A stretch of 64,000 nt of DNA. It comes from an uncultured delta proteobacterium (GTDB lineage Bacteria; Myxococcota; Myxococcia; Myxococcales; Myxococcaceae). Location: assembly GCA_963771175.1 (NCBI GenBank), contig CAVYSY010000054.1, positions 64,001-128,000 on the forward strand. Reading direction: 5' to 3'. Position 1 is the first letter of the stretch; each line of letters starts with the position of its first letter. A model generated the notes under the pieces. The model did no database searches and had not been told where the DNA came from. It saw only the letters and a program-made list of their open reading frames with translations. Of this stretch, positions 11,175 to 21,798 are shown in pieces. The position numbers and the translations under genes were made by a program.

Positions 11175-11363
11175 TCAGCAGCAGGCCCCGCCGACCTCCC
11201 GAACCGTGCTCCGGTACTGCACGGCAGCCATGGTCGGACCACACGGGTACACGCCGAAGTGCGTGGTGCGTGAGCCCAGGACCGAGGCAAGCAGCTTGCC
11301 GTAGTACTCGCTCACGAACGCCTGAAGGTTCTGCTGGCCTGGTTCCGCCGGGTTTTCCTTCAT
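11175..11363 (-). pseudogene. Internally deleted ArsM-like methyltransferase remnant
   Basis: N-terminal-type VSEYYGKLL joined directly to C-terminal-type THFGVYPCG...GGACC*; no SAM-binding core. Confidence 0.45.
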
Positions 11364-11432
11364 GTGGGACCGCTCCTTGGAAGGCACGGTCTCCAAGCCA
11401 CGCGGTTCGTTACACGGGGCGCGCCACGCGCT

Positions 11433-11675
11433 TCATTTCTGCTCCGGAGGCGCCATCCCGCGCAAGCGCCTGAGGAGCTCGGCCTTCACCTCCGGAGGCA
11501 CCTGCTCCTGAGGGAGCTGGCCGAGCGTGCGCGCCGTCATCTTCATCTGCCGCAGGTAGGCCCGACAGTGCCGGCACATGCCCAGGTGCATCAGAAATTG
11601 GACTCGCCGCCAAAGGGACATGCGTCCCTCGAGGTATTCGGTAACGAGTTCTGTGAGCTGCTGGCAGGTGAGCAT
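11433..11675 (-). CDS. Zinc-finger (zf-HC2/ZAS) anti-sigma factor
   Basis: MLTCQQLTELVTEYLEG...HLGMCRHC (HxxxCxxC); directly downstream of the ECF sigma gene. Confidence 0.9.
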   Translation of the reverse strand: MLTCQQLTELVTEYLEGRMSLWRRVQFLMHLGMCRHCRAYLRQMKMTARTLGQLPQEQVPPEVKAELLRRLRGMAPPEQK

Positions 11676-11681
11676 GAGCGT

Positions 11682-12374
11682 CTACTTTCGTTCCACGTAC
11701 TCTTCAAGCACCGCCCGCAGCTTCGAGCGCGCCCGATGCAGGAGCACGCGCTGGTTGGTCTCGGAGATGCCCAACACGCTACACACCTCATTGGAGTCGA
11801 GACCGTCGATGTCCCGAAGGGTCACCACGACGCGCTGGTTCGCAGGCAGCGCCGCGATCTCCTCCTCCAATCGCCGCAGCGCCTGTTTTCTTATCAAGAT
11901 CTTGTCCGACGTGTCGTCTTCCCACCGACCCGGTGGGAGTCTCCACATCCCATTCGACTGAAACCGCGCTGGATCTACGGCGGGCTCGTACTCGCCAGAG
12001 GGATCCGCCAGGCCCGAGAACGACACCGTGCGACTCTCGCGCTCCCCGCGCGTCTTCGCCCGGTTGGTGAGGATGCGGAAGATCCACGTCTTGAGCGTCG
12101 AGCGGCCCTCGAACGTAGCCAGTCCGTCGAGGACGCCCACCCAGGTTTCCTGAACGACCTCCTCGGCCACTGCGCGGTTGGGGGTGAAGACGAGGGCCAG
12201 ACGAAGGAGGGGCCCATGGTAGCGATCGATCAACTCCGAGAATGCCCGCTCGTCTCGCGCACGAAGACGCTCGACCAGGGCAAGGTCGCCCGCGGCCGGA
12301 ACGTCCGCCATGGGCACCGTGTCCTGCTCGGTGGCGACACCGCCGGGAGCGGCCATTTTCGCTCGGTCACTCAT
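11682..12374 (-). CDS. ECF RNA polymerase sigma factor
   Basis: AEEVVQETW, FEGRSTLKTWIFRILTN, LPANQRVVVTLRD, NQRVLLHRAR. Start codon uncertain (12374 or 12311). Confidence 0.9.
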   Translation of the reverse strand: MSDRAKMAAPGGVATEQDTVPMADVPAAGDLALVERLRARDERAFSELIDRYHGPLLRLALVFTPNRAVAEEVVQETWVGVLDGLATFEGRSTLKTWIFRILTNRAKTRGERESRTVSFSGLADPSGEYEPAVDPARFQSNGMWRLPPGRWEDDTSDKILIRKQALRRLEEEIAALPANQRVVVTLRDIDGLDSNEVCSVLGISETNQRVLLHRARSKLRAVLEEYVERK

Positions 12375-12668
12375 GCAAGCCTCACAGGCCCGCCAGGACC
12401 GTCCTCCTTCTAAAGACCGTGTGGCCCAGGCTAGCGCGAAGCGTGCGCTCTCGTCCATGTTCCCCTCCCCATGTAACGGACGGCGCGTTGCCGTGACTGT
12501 GCGGCATGAACACGAGCGTGCGGGGGCGCGGGCCGCGCCGGCGCTTGAGATGCTTACGTGTGTAACGGTTGGAGGGCTCCGAGGACAGTGAGGTGTGGCC
12601 CAATTCCTGAGCCGCTCGTTGTCGCCTCTCGGCGATGAACCAATGCCAGTTCCATCAGATAGGACATC

Positions 12669-13157
12669 ATGAAGAATTTCGTGCGACGCAGTGTTCTCCC
12701 CCTGCTGCTTGCAGTCACGCCAATGGTGGGTTGTGGTCCCAGCCAAGGCGCGCCGGACATGGGCGAAAGCGGCGATGACCTCGCCGAGCTCGGGGCTGCC
12801 CTGGTTACCCAGAATCAGGTCCCGGGCATCTACAACGCCACGTTGAAGCGCGTTCGAATCAAGACGTGCACCGCGGGAGGCTTCTGCTCCGTCACCACCG
12901 AGGAGAGAGCCGCATCCGCGGTCTTCACCCTCAACACGGATGGGACCTATTCCTGCACCGGTGCGGACTGCTTCCTGACCTCGGGGACCTGGGCGTTCCC
13001 GCCCTTCGGTGACTGGCGGTACCTCTCCTTCTCCAACGGGGGAGCCAAGGTGGGCGAGGCGCTCCTCGGGGTGCCGTCCCTGACGGTCTACTCGGGGACG
13101 ACCGCACCGAACATCACCGGGGTGTACGTGGACTACGTGTACGCCGTCCACCGCTAA
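12669..13157 (+). CDS. Hypothetical lipoprotein
   Basis: Signal peptide with MVGC lipobox-like motif; AGGA RBS; two Cys pairs. Confidence 0.7.
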   Translation: MKNFVRRSVLPLLLAVTPMVGCGPSQGAPDMGESGDDLAELGAALVTQNQVPGIYNATLKRVRIKTCTAGGFCSVTTEERAASAVFTLNTDGTYSCTGADCFLTSGTWAFPPFGDWRYLSFSNGGAKVGEALLGVPSLTVYSGTTAPNITGVYVDYVYAVHR

Positions 13158-13235
13158 GGGTTGCCACACCGGGTTCCCCCACGGCCTCTACACCGGCCCT
13201 GCCTCGGCACCTGGCATGACGCGATCGCCCCGGAC

Positions 13236-13296
13236 AGGTGTCAAAGGACTCCTTCCGTTTCGAAGCCTTTGACACCCTATTTCGACACCCTATTTC
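13236..13296. repeat. REP-like palindrome, copy C, with a 13-bp terminal tandem duplication
   Basis: Perfect inverted repeat GGTGTCAAAGG...CCTTTGACACC; GACACCCTATTTC twice (13271-13296). Confidence 0.85.
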
Positions 13297-14702
13297 TTCA
13301 GGTCGAGCAGGAAGATGTCGCTCTCCCCGTGCGGGGTCAGCATGCCCGTTCCGAAGTCCACCGGTGCGTGGAAGTCCCCGAGGACGGTGCTCTCTCCCTT
13401 GCGATTCACGGCGATGTCCATGGGACGCACGAAGTCCGAGGCGTAGCCACGCACCCACCGGAGGTCTCCGTCGTCACTGTCGAACCGGGCGACGAACAGG
13501 TTGTCCTTGCTGCCCGGCCGGCCCTCCGGGCGTTTCGAGCCGATGCGGTCACCGGTCTCGTAGGTGCCCGTCACCACCACCCCGTTGCCATCATCCATGC
13601 CGAGGGCGCGCCCCGTATGCCCGAAGTGTCTCACCCAGCACTCGTCGCCATCCCGCTCGTAGGCGACGAGGAAGGCGTCATCCCCGCGGCCCGCACGCAC
13701 CGTGTGCCCGCGGAACGGGAAGCTCTCGAAGAAGGAGCCGGTCATCACCACTCGGTTGTCCTGGACGGCCACGTCCGCCGCCACCCCCTTGGCGCCCACC
13801 AGACGCCGTGTCCAGCGGAGGGCGCCTCGTGGCGAGTACTTGCGCAGGAGCGGATCCCCCACCGCCTCGATGGTGACGTGGGTGCCGCTGACGTAGAGGT
13901 TGTCATGTTCGTCCACCGCCAGACCGACATCCAAGGTGCCCAGCTCGCGGTCGAGGGTGCTCCAGAGCGACTCACCCTCGGACGAGAGCTTCACGAGGAA
14001 GCCCGAGGAGCCCTCGGCGTCAAGGGGCCCCTGTCCGAAATCCACGACTCCGTTGTACCAGCCGGTCACGGCGATGTTGCCGGCCCTGTCCGTCACGACC
14101 CGTGTCGCATTGAGGAAGCCCGTGCCGGGGAATCCGCGCGCCCAGAGGAAGCGGCCCTCGCTGTCGAGCTTCACTACGTAGCGCTCGAATGACAGAGGGC
14201 CACCGCCGTAATCGATGGTCGAGTCATTGCCGAGGTAGCCCGCGAGCACGATGTTGCGCTCCTTGTCGACCGCCACCGTCCTCACGTTCGTGAAGGCGCT
14301 GATGAAGGGACCGGGTGGCACAGGAGTGAAGATGCGGAACCACAGCAGCCCGCCATCGGGGCGGTACTTCGCCAGTGCGATGCTGAAGGTTCCATCGGGC
14401 GGCCCGAGGATGGGACCGGTGCCGAAGTCGATGCTCCCGGAGAACTCTGTCAGCACCACGAGGTTCCCATCCGCGTCCCGGACGACGGCGATGGCACGCT
14501 CGTCACCCGTCCCGTCGATGACCCGGACCCAACGGGTCGCGCCGCGCTGGGACGGTGTGGCCCGGCTGGCTTCGAGCTCGGGCTCCTGCTCCGGGAGTGC
14601 TCCGGTTTCCAGGGGCCCTCCGGTTTCCAGGGGCCCTCCGCACGCCAGGCCCACCGCGACCACCCATCCCCATACACCCATCCACCTGGCCCACCGTTTC
14701 AT
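13290..14702 (-). CDS. Beta-propeller (SBBP-like repeat) lipoprotein
   Basis: LAC lipobox; repeated D-x-x-GN-x-x-x-G...DFG-G...VKL-DG-x-x-W units; GGPLET twice near the N-terminus. Confidence 0.8.
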   Translation of the reverse strand: MKRWARWMGVWGWVVAVGLACGGPLETGGPLETGALPEQEPELEASRATPSQRGATRWVRVIDGTGDERAIAVVRDADGNLVVLTEFSGSIDFGTGPILGPPDGTFSIALAKYRPDGGLLWFRIFTPVPPGPFISAFTNVRTVAVDKERNIVLAGYLGNDSTIDYGGGPLSFERYVVKLDSEGRFLWARGFPGTGFLNATRVVTDRAGNIAVTGWYNGVVDFGQGPLDAEGSSGFLVKLSSEGESLWSTLDRELGTLDVGLAVDEHDNLYVSGTHVTIEAVGDPLLRKYSPRGALRWTRRLVGAKGVAADVAVQDNRVVMTGSFFESFPFRGHTVRAGRGDDAFLVAYERDGDECWVRHFGHTGRALGMDDGNGVVVTGTYETGDRIGSKRPEGRPGSKDNLFVARFDSDDGDLRWVRGYASDFVRPMDIAVNRKGESTVLGDFHAPVDFGTGMLTPHGESDIFLLDLKK

Positions 14703-15061
14703 CCTTCCTCCCTCCTCGACGGGCCCGAAGCAGGCCCATGCAAGGGTTGTGCACGGCCAGGAGGCAGAGAAGTGGACGCGAGGGAGGTACAAACGCCGCA
14801 TCCAAGACCCGAGCCGGGTCTGAAGATGGGGAGGGAGCCCACCTTCCTATCCTGGCAAGCATCGGCCGGCCCGGGGCAGGCAGGCTCACGGGACAGGGTG
14901 AACGCTCTCCTCTCGCATCCCTGACTGGGCAGGGAGCGTCCGTCATCGTTGAGATTCAGGCTGACCGGAGTCGGCGCCTCGGCGCGGAGCAGCCGGCATG
15001 CAGGCCATGAGACCTGAACGCCAGAGGCGCTTCCCTCAGCTCATGCTCGAGCGCGGAGCAA

Positions 15062-15685
15062 CTAGCAGGGGCCGGGGCCGGCGTGGACGCCGGTCTTCAC
15101 GCGCCCCTTGAAGATGCCGAGCGCCGCCGCGAAGCCGGTCACGCGCACCTTGCTGTAGCCGCTGACCTGTCCGCCGACGTTGAACCGGAGCGAGCAGTAG
15201 GCCGGCCAGCAGAGCCCGTTGCAGACGGCGGGGTGCCAGACGCCGGTGGTGGAGACGCTCCCCAGCGGCACCCACGAGCCGTTGTAGCCCCAGGCGTAGC
15301 CGGTGATGGCGATGCCCTCGCAGGAGCTCTCGGTCGTGATCGTCGAGGCCGGTACCGCCTCGACGAAGGCCTGGAAGGGCCGGCCGTTGACCTGCTGCAC
15401 CTCGGTGACGAACTTGTTGGCGCACAGCGGCTGGTCATAGGTGCCGTCGTTGGACGTGGCCGCGCTGTCCGCGTAGCCGCAGTTGGGGCTGTAGAAGGTG
15501 ACCGCCGCGCCGTCGGGCTGGGCCAGGCTCACCGCGCTGTCGGTGCAGGACTCGTAGAGGGCCTGCTCCCGGGTCTCCAGGAGCTCGTCCTGGGCCAGGA
15601 GCTGCTCCTCCTCCGTGGGCGCGCCGCACGCGGCCAGGAGCTGGGTTGCTGCGAGGAGGAGGAGGGAGGGGAGGGTGCGCTTCAT
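15062..15685 (-). CDS. Cys-rich hypothetical lipoprotein
   Basis: MKRTLPSLLLLAATQLLAAC lipobox; myxobacterial-style TREQAL motif; AAGGAG RBS. Confidence 0.75.
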   Translation of the reverse strand: MKRTLPSLLLLAATQLLAACGAPTEEEQLLAQDELLETREQALYESCTDSAVSLAQPDGAAVTFYSPNCGYADSAATSNDGTYDQPLCANKFVTEVQQVNGRPFQAFVEAVPASTITTESSCEGIAITGYAWGYNGSWVPLGSVSTTGVWHPAVCNGLCWPAYCSLRFNVGGQVSGYSKVRVTGFAAALGIFKGRVKTGVHAGPGPC

Positions 15686-15814
15686 GTGGGCAACTCCTTC
15701 GTCATGTCGGGTAGTGAGTGGCTGCACCCTGGTAACGGAGTGGGTCGCGCATCTTCCCGCGCCCATTTTCGGGCGGATTTTCCCGGGCCGGCGCTTCATC
15801 GCCCTCGTTTAGAC

Positions 15815-18612
15815 TCAGGGCATGCTGTTGGGATCCGCTGGGTTGCTGCCCGCGGCCCGCTCGTCTCCGTCGAGCACCCCGTCGAGGTCACGATCTACGC
15901 CGATGCGCTGTCCAGACCCCAGGGGCGTGCAGGTATAGGTCAGCACCCCTTTGCCCGCGACAACGAGCGTGCTCAGGGCCGCGTCGGAGATCGGGGGCAC
16001 GGCCTCTCGGTCGCTCTTGAACTGCCCGCCTCCCAGGTAGAGGAACCCCACCTCGTGCTGGGCGAGGCGGCCCTTGGCGACCAGCTCGCACTCGCCCGCC
16101 TCCGCGCGGTCCTTCAGCAAGTGGATGCGGGGCGCCGCGGCCGCATGGTTGTCAGCCGTGAGCGTCACCTGCTGGCCGACGATGGGCGCCAGGTTGCTGT
16201 CGAACGCCAGCATGAACTGCTCCATGTCCCGCTTGGCTTGGACGCCCGCGGGCGTGTGCGGGATGCCGACGGGGTTCAGTGGGCTCTCATCGAACAGGCT
16301 GTTGAACCGGAACAGGTCCGGGATGGTGCCGTCGTGGTTGAAGCCAAAGCCGCGGATCTGCTCCCCGAGGAAGGGATCGGGCCCGAGCGTGTTGGTGGTG
16401 AAGCCCGCGCCGAACATGCCGACCTTCTGGTACATGTTGCGCAGGTGCGGGACCTTGAGGAACTGCGGCTCCCCGTCGAAGGACGAGCGGCCGTCCGTCC
16501 CGAAGAAGCCGGCGAAAGCTCCCTCCCCTGGGTTGGCATGTGGATCGACCCGGTGGCAGGTCTCGCACGAGCCCTGCGGATCGACCGTGGTCCCGAAGAA
16601 GAAGTCCCGCCCTGCCTGCTGAGCAGGTGTGAGCGAGTTATCGAGGTTCCGGATCGGGTTGGGCGGGTAGGTGAGCTGGAGGATGAAGTCGGTGAACTGC
16701 TGCATCTCCGCGTCGGAGAGCTGCGCGGACCGCCCGAGCAAGCTCACGAAGGTGGGGTTGAACTTCTTGAACGCGGCGGCCTCGTCGAAGGCCCCGCTGT
16801 TCGGCTGGGAGCTGGGCGCATCGTTGCCACCGGTGCGGTCGCCGCGCCAGTGCATCGGGCCGTGGTTGGCCATGCCACGCAGGCTCTGCGTCGTCATCGG
16901 CCCCTTCAGCGGGTGGAAATCGGGGTCAAAGCCGAACAGGGGATCGTCGCCGAACGGAGGCAGCGGCGGGACGAAGGGGCCCGGGTTGTTCAGCACGGCG
17001 CCGTCCGGATCGCCCAGGTCCCACGCCAGGCTGTCGAAGTCGCCGAAGATGTGGCAGCTGCCGCAGGACGAGTCACCGTGGCTGGAGCTGCGCCGCGCGT
17101 CGTACAGGAAGGGCCGCCCCGCCACCACGCTGGGGGGCTCGGGGTTGTACATCGGCACGTGAGCCAGCTCGCCGCGCGTGGCGGTGTCGATGATGGAGAT
17201 GGCGTTGTCGAAGCGCGTCAGCACGTACAGGCGCCCGCGGGCCTCGTCCAGCACCATGCCGGTAGGGCCGCCGCCGCTCAGGAGAATCTGGTTGGCCGGG
17301 CCAGGCACGAAGGTGTCGGCCTCGAGCGCGGCGGTGGAGTAGACGCCCAGCCTGGACGAGCCGAAGGCGGCTACGTAGAGGGTGGCGCCGTCTGGAAGTG
17401 ACCGCCATGCCGAGCGGCTGCGCCAGGCTCTTCTCACTCTCCGCATTGGGGAGCGGGGCGCAGCACGTGCCGTAGTCGATGTGCTTGTTGAGGTGGCGCG
17501 GGGTGACGCCCGCGGGGCTCAGCACGGTGATGCGGCTCTCGTGCAGATGCCCCCGGAGCGTGCTGCCGCCGAAGAGGCCCGCGCCCTCGAAGCGCAAGTC
17601 GTTACGCGCCTCGGTATTGCTGACGTACACCTTCCCGTTCACCGGGTTGACGACCATGTTGAACAGCACCGTGCCCACGCCGGAGTAGAAACCACCTGGG
17701 CCCGCGAGCTGCGCCGGCGGATTGGCGTTGGCGTCGATGACGAACACGTCCTTGTCCGGCAGGGAGAACTTCACCTGGTCATCCCACGGGCGGTTCAGCA
17801 CGTCGACCCAGTGCTCGCCGTTGAACTTGACGATGAGCCCCACCTCGGGCGCTGGCACCCCCGCGAGGTTGGTGTTCGGTCCGGGCACGCCGCCGGCTGC
17901 CTCGCCGCCATCGGGCACCTGCAATTCGCTGAGCACCGTGGTGCGATTTCCAGAGTGGAACGCGGCTGCGTAGACACGCGAGCCGTCCGGCGTCACCGCG
18001 AGTGCTCGGGGCGTGTCGCTGAAGAGGGTGAGGATCGTGAGCGGGCTGCCCCCGAGCGAGGTGCCCAGGTGGGCGGCATCGAATATCCAGACATCGGCCC
18101 GGCCGATGCCCGGCGTGGTGAGCTGCGGATCAAAGGGAGCGTTCTGGCCACGGTGGGCGGTCGTGATGAAGGCGCGGCTCTTCCCGGGCCCGGCGAAGAC
18201 GATGTCCCGAGGCTCGTCGCCCACGAGCAGGGTCCGCACGACGCGTCCGCTTCTCTCCGCTCGGGCTGAGCCGCACGACGCTGACGCTGTCGGACAGGTG
18301 ATTGACAACCCAGACCTCCTCGTTGCTCCGGGCCGCGACGGCGACCGGCTCGAGCCCGACGGGCACCGAGGCGCGGTGACGGAGGCCTGGGGTTCCGACC
18401 TGGAAGACCTCGAGGCGGTTGTCGGGTGTATTGACGGCGAAGAGGAGCTTGCCATCCGGCGAGAGCGCGAGCGGGCGGACCTGGCCGCTCTCGAAGAGCG
18501 TGAAGGACGGTGCCACCGAGGGCACACCGCTCGCTGAAGAGCAGATGAATAACGCCGCGATGAGAATGGATTTGGAGATGGCCTGGCTGGCCATCCTCGT
18601 CAGTGCTGTCAT
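15815..18612 (-). CDS. Secreted YVTN/YncE beta-propeller fused to a di-heme cytochrome c peroxidase/MauG-like domain (two frameshifts)
   Basis: [34 protein letters not shown] repeats; two CxxCH motifs (CGSCH, CETCH); TQSLRG, HWRGDR, KVPHLRN. Confidence 0.8.
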
Positions 18613-18769
18613 GATTTCCCCCGTGGCGTTGGTCACTGAGAAGCTCAGTCACCTGCGATGCTGCTGGCCACCTGGGGACGTCTACCGGATGCAAGGTTCG
18701 GAGGGACCAGCCCCTCGGGGCAGGTCCATTCACGATGTTGGCCGTGAAGCGGAATCCTTGGAGCGCAGT

Positions 18770-19675
18770 TCAGAAGCTCAAGCCGATGCCGGCGAACGGG
18801 CCGCCCATCCTGTCCCGGTGCCGCTCCCCGTCCAGGAGGCCGCGATCATCCAGCAGTAGCCCGCGCCAGCCTCCGCGCAGGGTCAGCATGCCCAGGTGGA
18901 CCGCCAGGCCGAGCTGTCCGTCCAGTTGCAGGTGGGGGAAGGGCACCCACTGCATTCGGCCCTCCAGGTCCAGCGCGCCGAACAGGCACCGCTCGAAGGA
19001 CAGGGCCATGTTGGGGCCGATGAAGATGGCGTCCGGTGCGCGCGCCCAGGCGAGACCACCTTCGACCCGGAGTCGGCCCCGCTCGCTCGCGTACGCCGCG
19101 AGTGTCACGTTCGCCTCCGCCAACTGGAGGTGGTCCGTCTCGTCCGAGCCGTCATCCGCGCGCAGGTTCATCGCCGTCAGCCGCGTGGAGACGCCCCAGC
19201 GGCGCCCCTCGAGGCCCAGGCCGAACCCCAGCGCCCCGCCTTCCTTGAGGGCGAGCCCCTCCACTCCCATCCGCACCAGCAACGAGTGGTTGGGCTCATC
19301 CGCCTCCTGCGTCGTCACCCAACGCGAGCGGCGGTAGTACGCGCCCGCGACGGCGGGAACCCATACAGGGCGCGGAATGATGACGGGCCTCACGGAGTCG
19401 GGGTCCGGGTTCTCGTCACCGTTGTTCGAAGGGGCACCGTCCGGCTCCTGTCCCACCGGCGTGGCGCGATGGACCCGACGGCGGGGACTGTCGGTGCGGT
19501 AGGCGTGGAACCTCCACCCCATGGAGCCGCCGGAGACGCGGGCGCCACCGGAAGAAGACGAGCCCCCCGAGGAGCGGGAGCCCCCCGACTTGCCGAAGCG
19601 GGCATCGGCGGCGGCGGGGGTGAAGAAGCACCCGGCCGCCAGCGCGGCACACATCATCTGCCTGGGGGTTGGCAC
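18770..19675 (-). CDS. Secreted/outer-membrane beta-barrel-like hypothetical protein
   Basis: GTG start after AGGAG; signal peptide ending ADA; G/S-rich linker; amphipathic strands; terminal Phe (GLSF). Confidence 0.7.
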   Translation of the reverse strand: MPTPRQMMCAALAAGCFFTPAAADARFGKSGGSRSSGGSSSSGGARVSGGSMGWRFHAYRTDSPRRRVHRATPVGQEPDGAPSNNGDENPDPDSVRPVIIPRPVWVPAVAGAYYRRSRWVTTQEADEPNHSLLVRMGVEGLALKEGGALGFGLGLEGRRWGVSTRLTAMNLRADDGSDETDHLQLAEANVTLAAYASERGRLRVEGGLAWARAPDAIFIGPNMALSFERCLFGALDLEGRMQWVPFPHLQLDGQLGLAVHLGMLTLRGGWRGLLLDDRGLLDGERHRDRMGGPFAGIGLSF

Positions 19676-19927
19676 AGGGAGGTCTCCTGGGAAAACGTGC
19701 CAGCTCATCCCAGCATGTTCCCCGCCCGCGTTCCTCCGCTCCTCCGAGGGGTGACACCTGCCCGACAGGTTGATGGCCGGTTCATGAACACAGCCGCGCC
19801 AGTGTTTTCGCAACGTGACGGCTCCGAGGGGATTCCCATTCGCTGAGAAATAATCAGGCCTCGGGTCCCTCCTGACTCGCGCGGCGCGGACGCCCGTGAG
19901 AGCATGGGCGATGGCGGAGGCCCGGCG

Positions 19928-21622
19928 ATGACGATTCGCGCCAAGGTGTTGTTGTTCGCGGCGATGGCCATCGCGCTCGTATGCCTCATGGGCGTTCACC
20001 TCTTCGTCGGCGCTCGCAACGGCCGGGTGATTCGCGAGCATCTCACGGCCACCCAGGGGCAGCTCGACGGCCTGGGCCGGGTGAGTGCCATGGCCTGGCC
20101 CTACCTCAACGAGCTGGTCCAACTGCGGCATGTGACGGGGAGCACCGAGCGCGTGCGGCTCGAGTTGCTGGAGCGGCTGGAGGTGGAGCTGGCATCGCTC
20201 GAGGAGAGCATGACTCGGGAGTGGCGGTTGCTGCCGGAGAGGACTCCCGAGGTCGAGCGGCGCGAGCAGGAGGAGCTCCGGAAGGACCTGTGGCGATGGG
20301 CGGAGCGGGCGGAGGCGCGCGTGAGTTCCATCCCACGGGGCTCGCCGGTCGGCTCCGTGGTGGAGTGGTCGCTGTACACGGAGTTCGAACAGACCGTGGG
20401 CCGGCGCATCGAGGAGATGCGGCACGCGGAGCAGGCCGAGATGGACGTGTTGCGTCTACGGTGGGACGAGAGCGAGCGGACCGGCCAGCAGCTCGCGATG
20501 CTCGTCCCCGCCATCTGCATCGTGCTCGTGCTGGTGCTCGGCTTCGCCATCCTCGTCCCCATGCAGCGCTCGCTCCGGAGGCTCACGGAGGTGGCCGAGC
20601 GCATCGGGCGCGGGGACTTCGATATCCGCACCGCGGTGGCGGGCCACGACGAGTTGGGCACGCTCGCGCGCGCCTTCGACCGCATGGCCGGCGAGCTCCG
20701 GACGATGCTCGACGAGAAGCAACGGCTGATACGGGCCGAGGCCGAGTCCTCCGAGCGCGAGGCCCGCCGCTACCACGCCCTGCTGGAGGGGATGGTGCTC
20801 GCGCGCACCGCGGATCTCGGCGAGGCCAACGCCCGGCTGCAGGAGAGCCTCCAGCAGCTCCAGGAGGCCCAGGAGCAGCTCCTCTTCGCGGATCGGCTCG
20901 CCTCCGTGGGGCGGCTCGCCGCGGGCGTGGCGCATGAGATCAACAACCCGCTCTCCTTCATCCTCAGCAACCTGCGCTTCGCCCGGGGCGAGCTGCGGGA
21001 CCTGGTGAGTGCGCCCTCCGAGGAGGACCGGCAGGAGTTGCTGTCGGCGCTCGACGAGGCGCATGAGGGCGCCGAGCGGGTCCGCTTCATCGTGCAGGAC
21101 CTCAAGACGCTGTCGCGGCCGGATGACGTGGCGCTCAGCGCGGTGAGCCTGGAGTCGGTGGTACGCAGCGCGGCCAAGATGGCGCACCACGAGGTGCGCG
21201 ACCGCGCGCGGCTGGTGCAGGAGTGCGACGGGGTGCCTCCGGTGCGCGCCAACGCGGCACGGCTGGGTCAGGTGTTCCTCAACCTCTTCCTCAACGCGGC
21301 GCATGCCATCGACCCGGGCCGCGAGAGGGAGAACGAGATTCGCGTGGTGGCCCGCGTCTCCTCTCCGGGCCGGGTCACCGTGGAGGTGCGCGACACCGGC
21401 TCCGGCATTCCGGCCGAGCACCTCGGGCGCGTCTTCGAACCGTTCTTCACCACCAAGCCCATCGGCATGGGCACGGGGCTGGGGCTGCCGGTGTGCCATC
21501 GCATCATCACCGCGCTCGGCGGGGAGATTCGCGTCGAGAGCGAGGTGGGGCGCGGCACCACCTTCTTCATCACCCTGCCCGCGGCCGAGGACTCCGGCAC
21601 TCCCGCGCAGTCGGCGGCCTGA
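19928..21622 (+). CDS. HAMP-domain sensor histidine kinase
   Basis: Two TM helices; HAMP DELGTLARAFDRM; H-box AHEINNPL; NLFLNA, DTGSG, FFTTK, GTGLGL. Confidence 0.93.
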   Translation: MTIRAKVLLFAAMAIALVCLMGVHLFVGARNGRVIREHLTATQGQLDGLGRVSAMAWPYLNELVQLRHVTGSTERVRLELLERLEVELASLEESMTREWRLLPERTPEVERREQEELRKDLWRWAERAEARVSSIPRGSPVGSVVEWSLYTEFEQTVGRRIEEMRHAEQAEMDVLRLRWDESERTGQQLAMLVPAICIVLVLVLGFAILVPMQRSLRRLTEVAERIGRGDFDIRTAVAGHDELGTLARAFDRMAGELRTMLDEKQRLIRAEAESSEREARRYHALLEGMVLARTADLGEANARLQESLQQLQEAQEQLLFADRLASVGRLAAGVAHEINNPLSFILSNLRFARGELRDLVSAPSEEDRQELLSALDEAHEGAERVRFIVQDLKTLSRPDDVALSAVSLESVVRSAAKMAHHEVRDRARLVQECDGVPPVRANAARLGQVFLNLFLNAAHAIDPGRERENEIRVVARVSSPGRVTVEVRDTGSGIPAEHLGRVFEPFFTTKPIGMGTGLGLPVCHRIITALGGEIRVESEVGRGTTFFITLPAAEDSGTPAQSAA

Positions 21623-21798
21623 GCAGGACGGCGGCGCGGGCCGGCGCGTGTTGGCCGTCGGACGTACGGCGGGTGCAAGGGCTTTCCGAGCGCAAACTGT
21701 TCAACGCTCGCACGCGTGAAATTCCTCACGCCCCCAGCGTCGGGAAACCGGCATCCCCATGCTGTCGTCGCAAGTCGTCCAACACATGGAGGTCACGG

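Noticed and set aside
14602..14640. 18-bp tandem repeat
   Set aside because: It encodes GGPLET twice in a lipoprotein linker; ordinary slippage.
19752..19770. TGACACCTGCCCGACAGGT as another REP copy
   Set aside because: Only a short match without the rest of the consensus; it could be chance.
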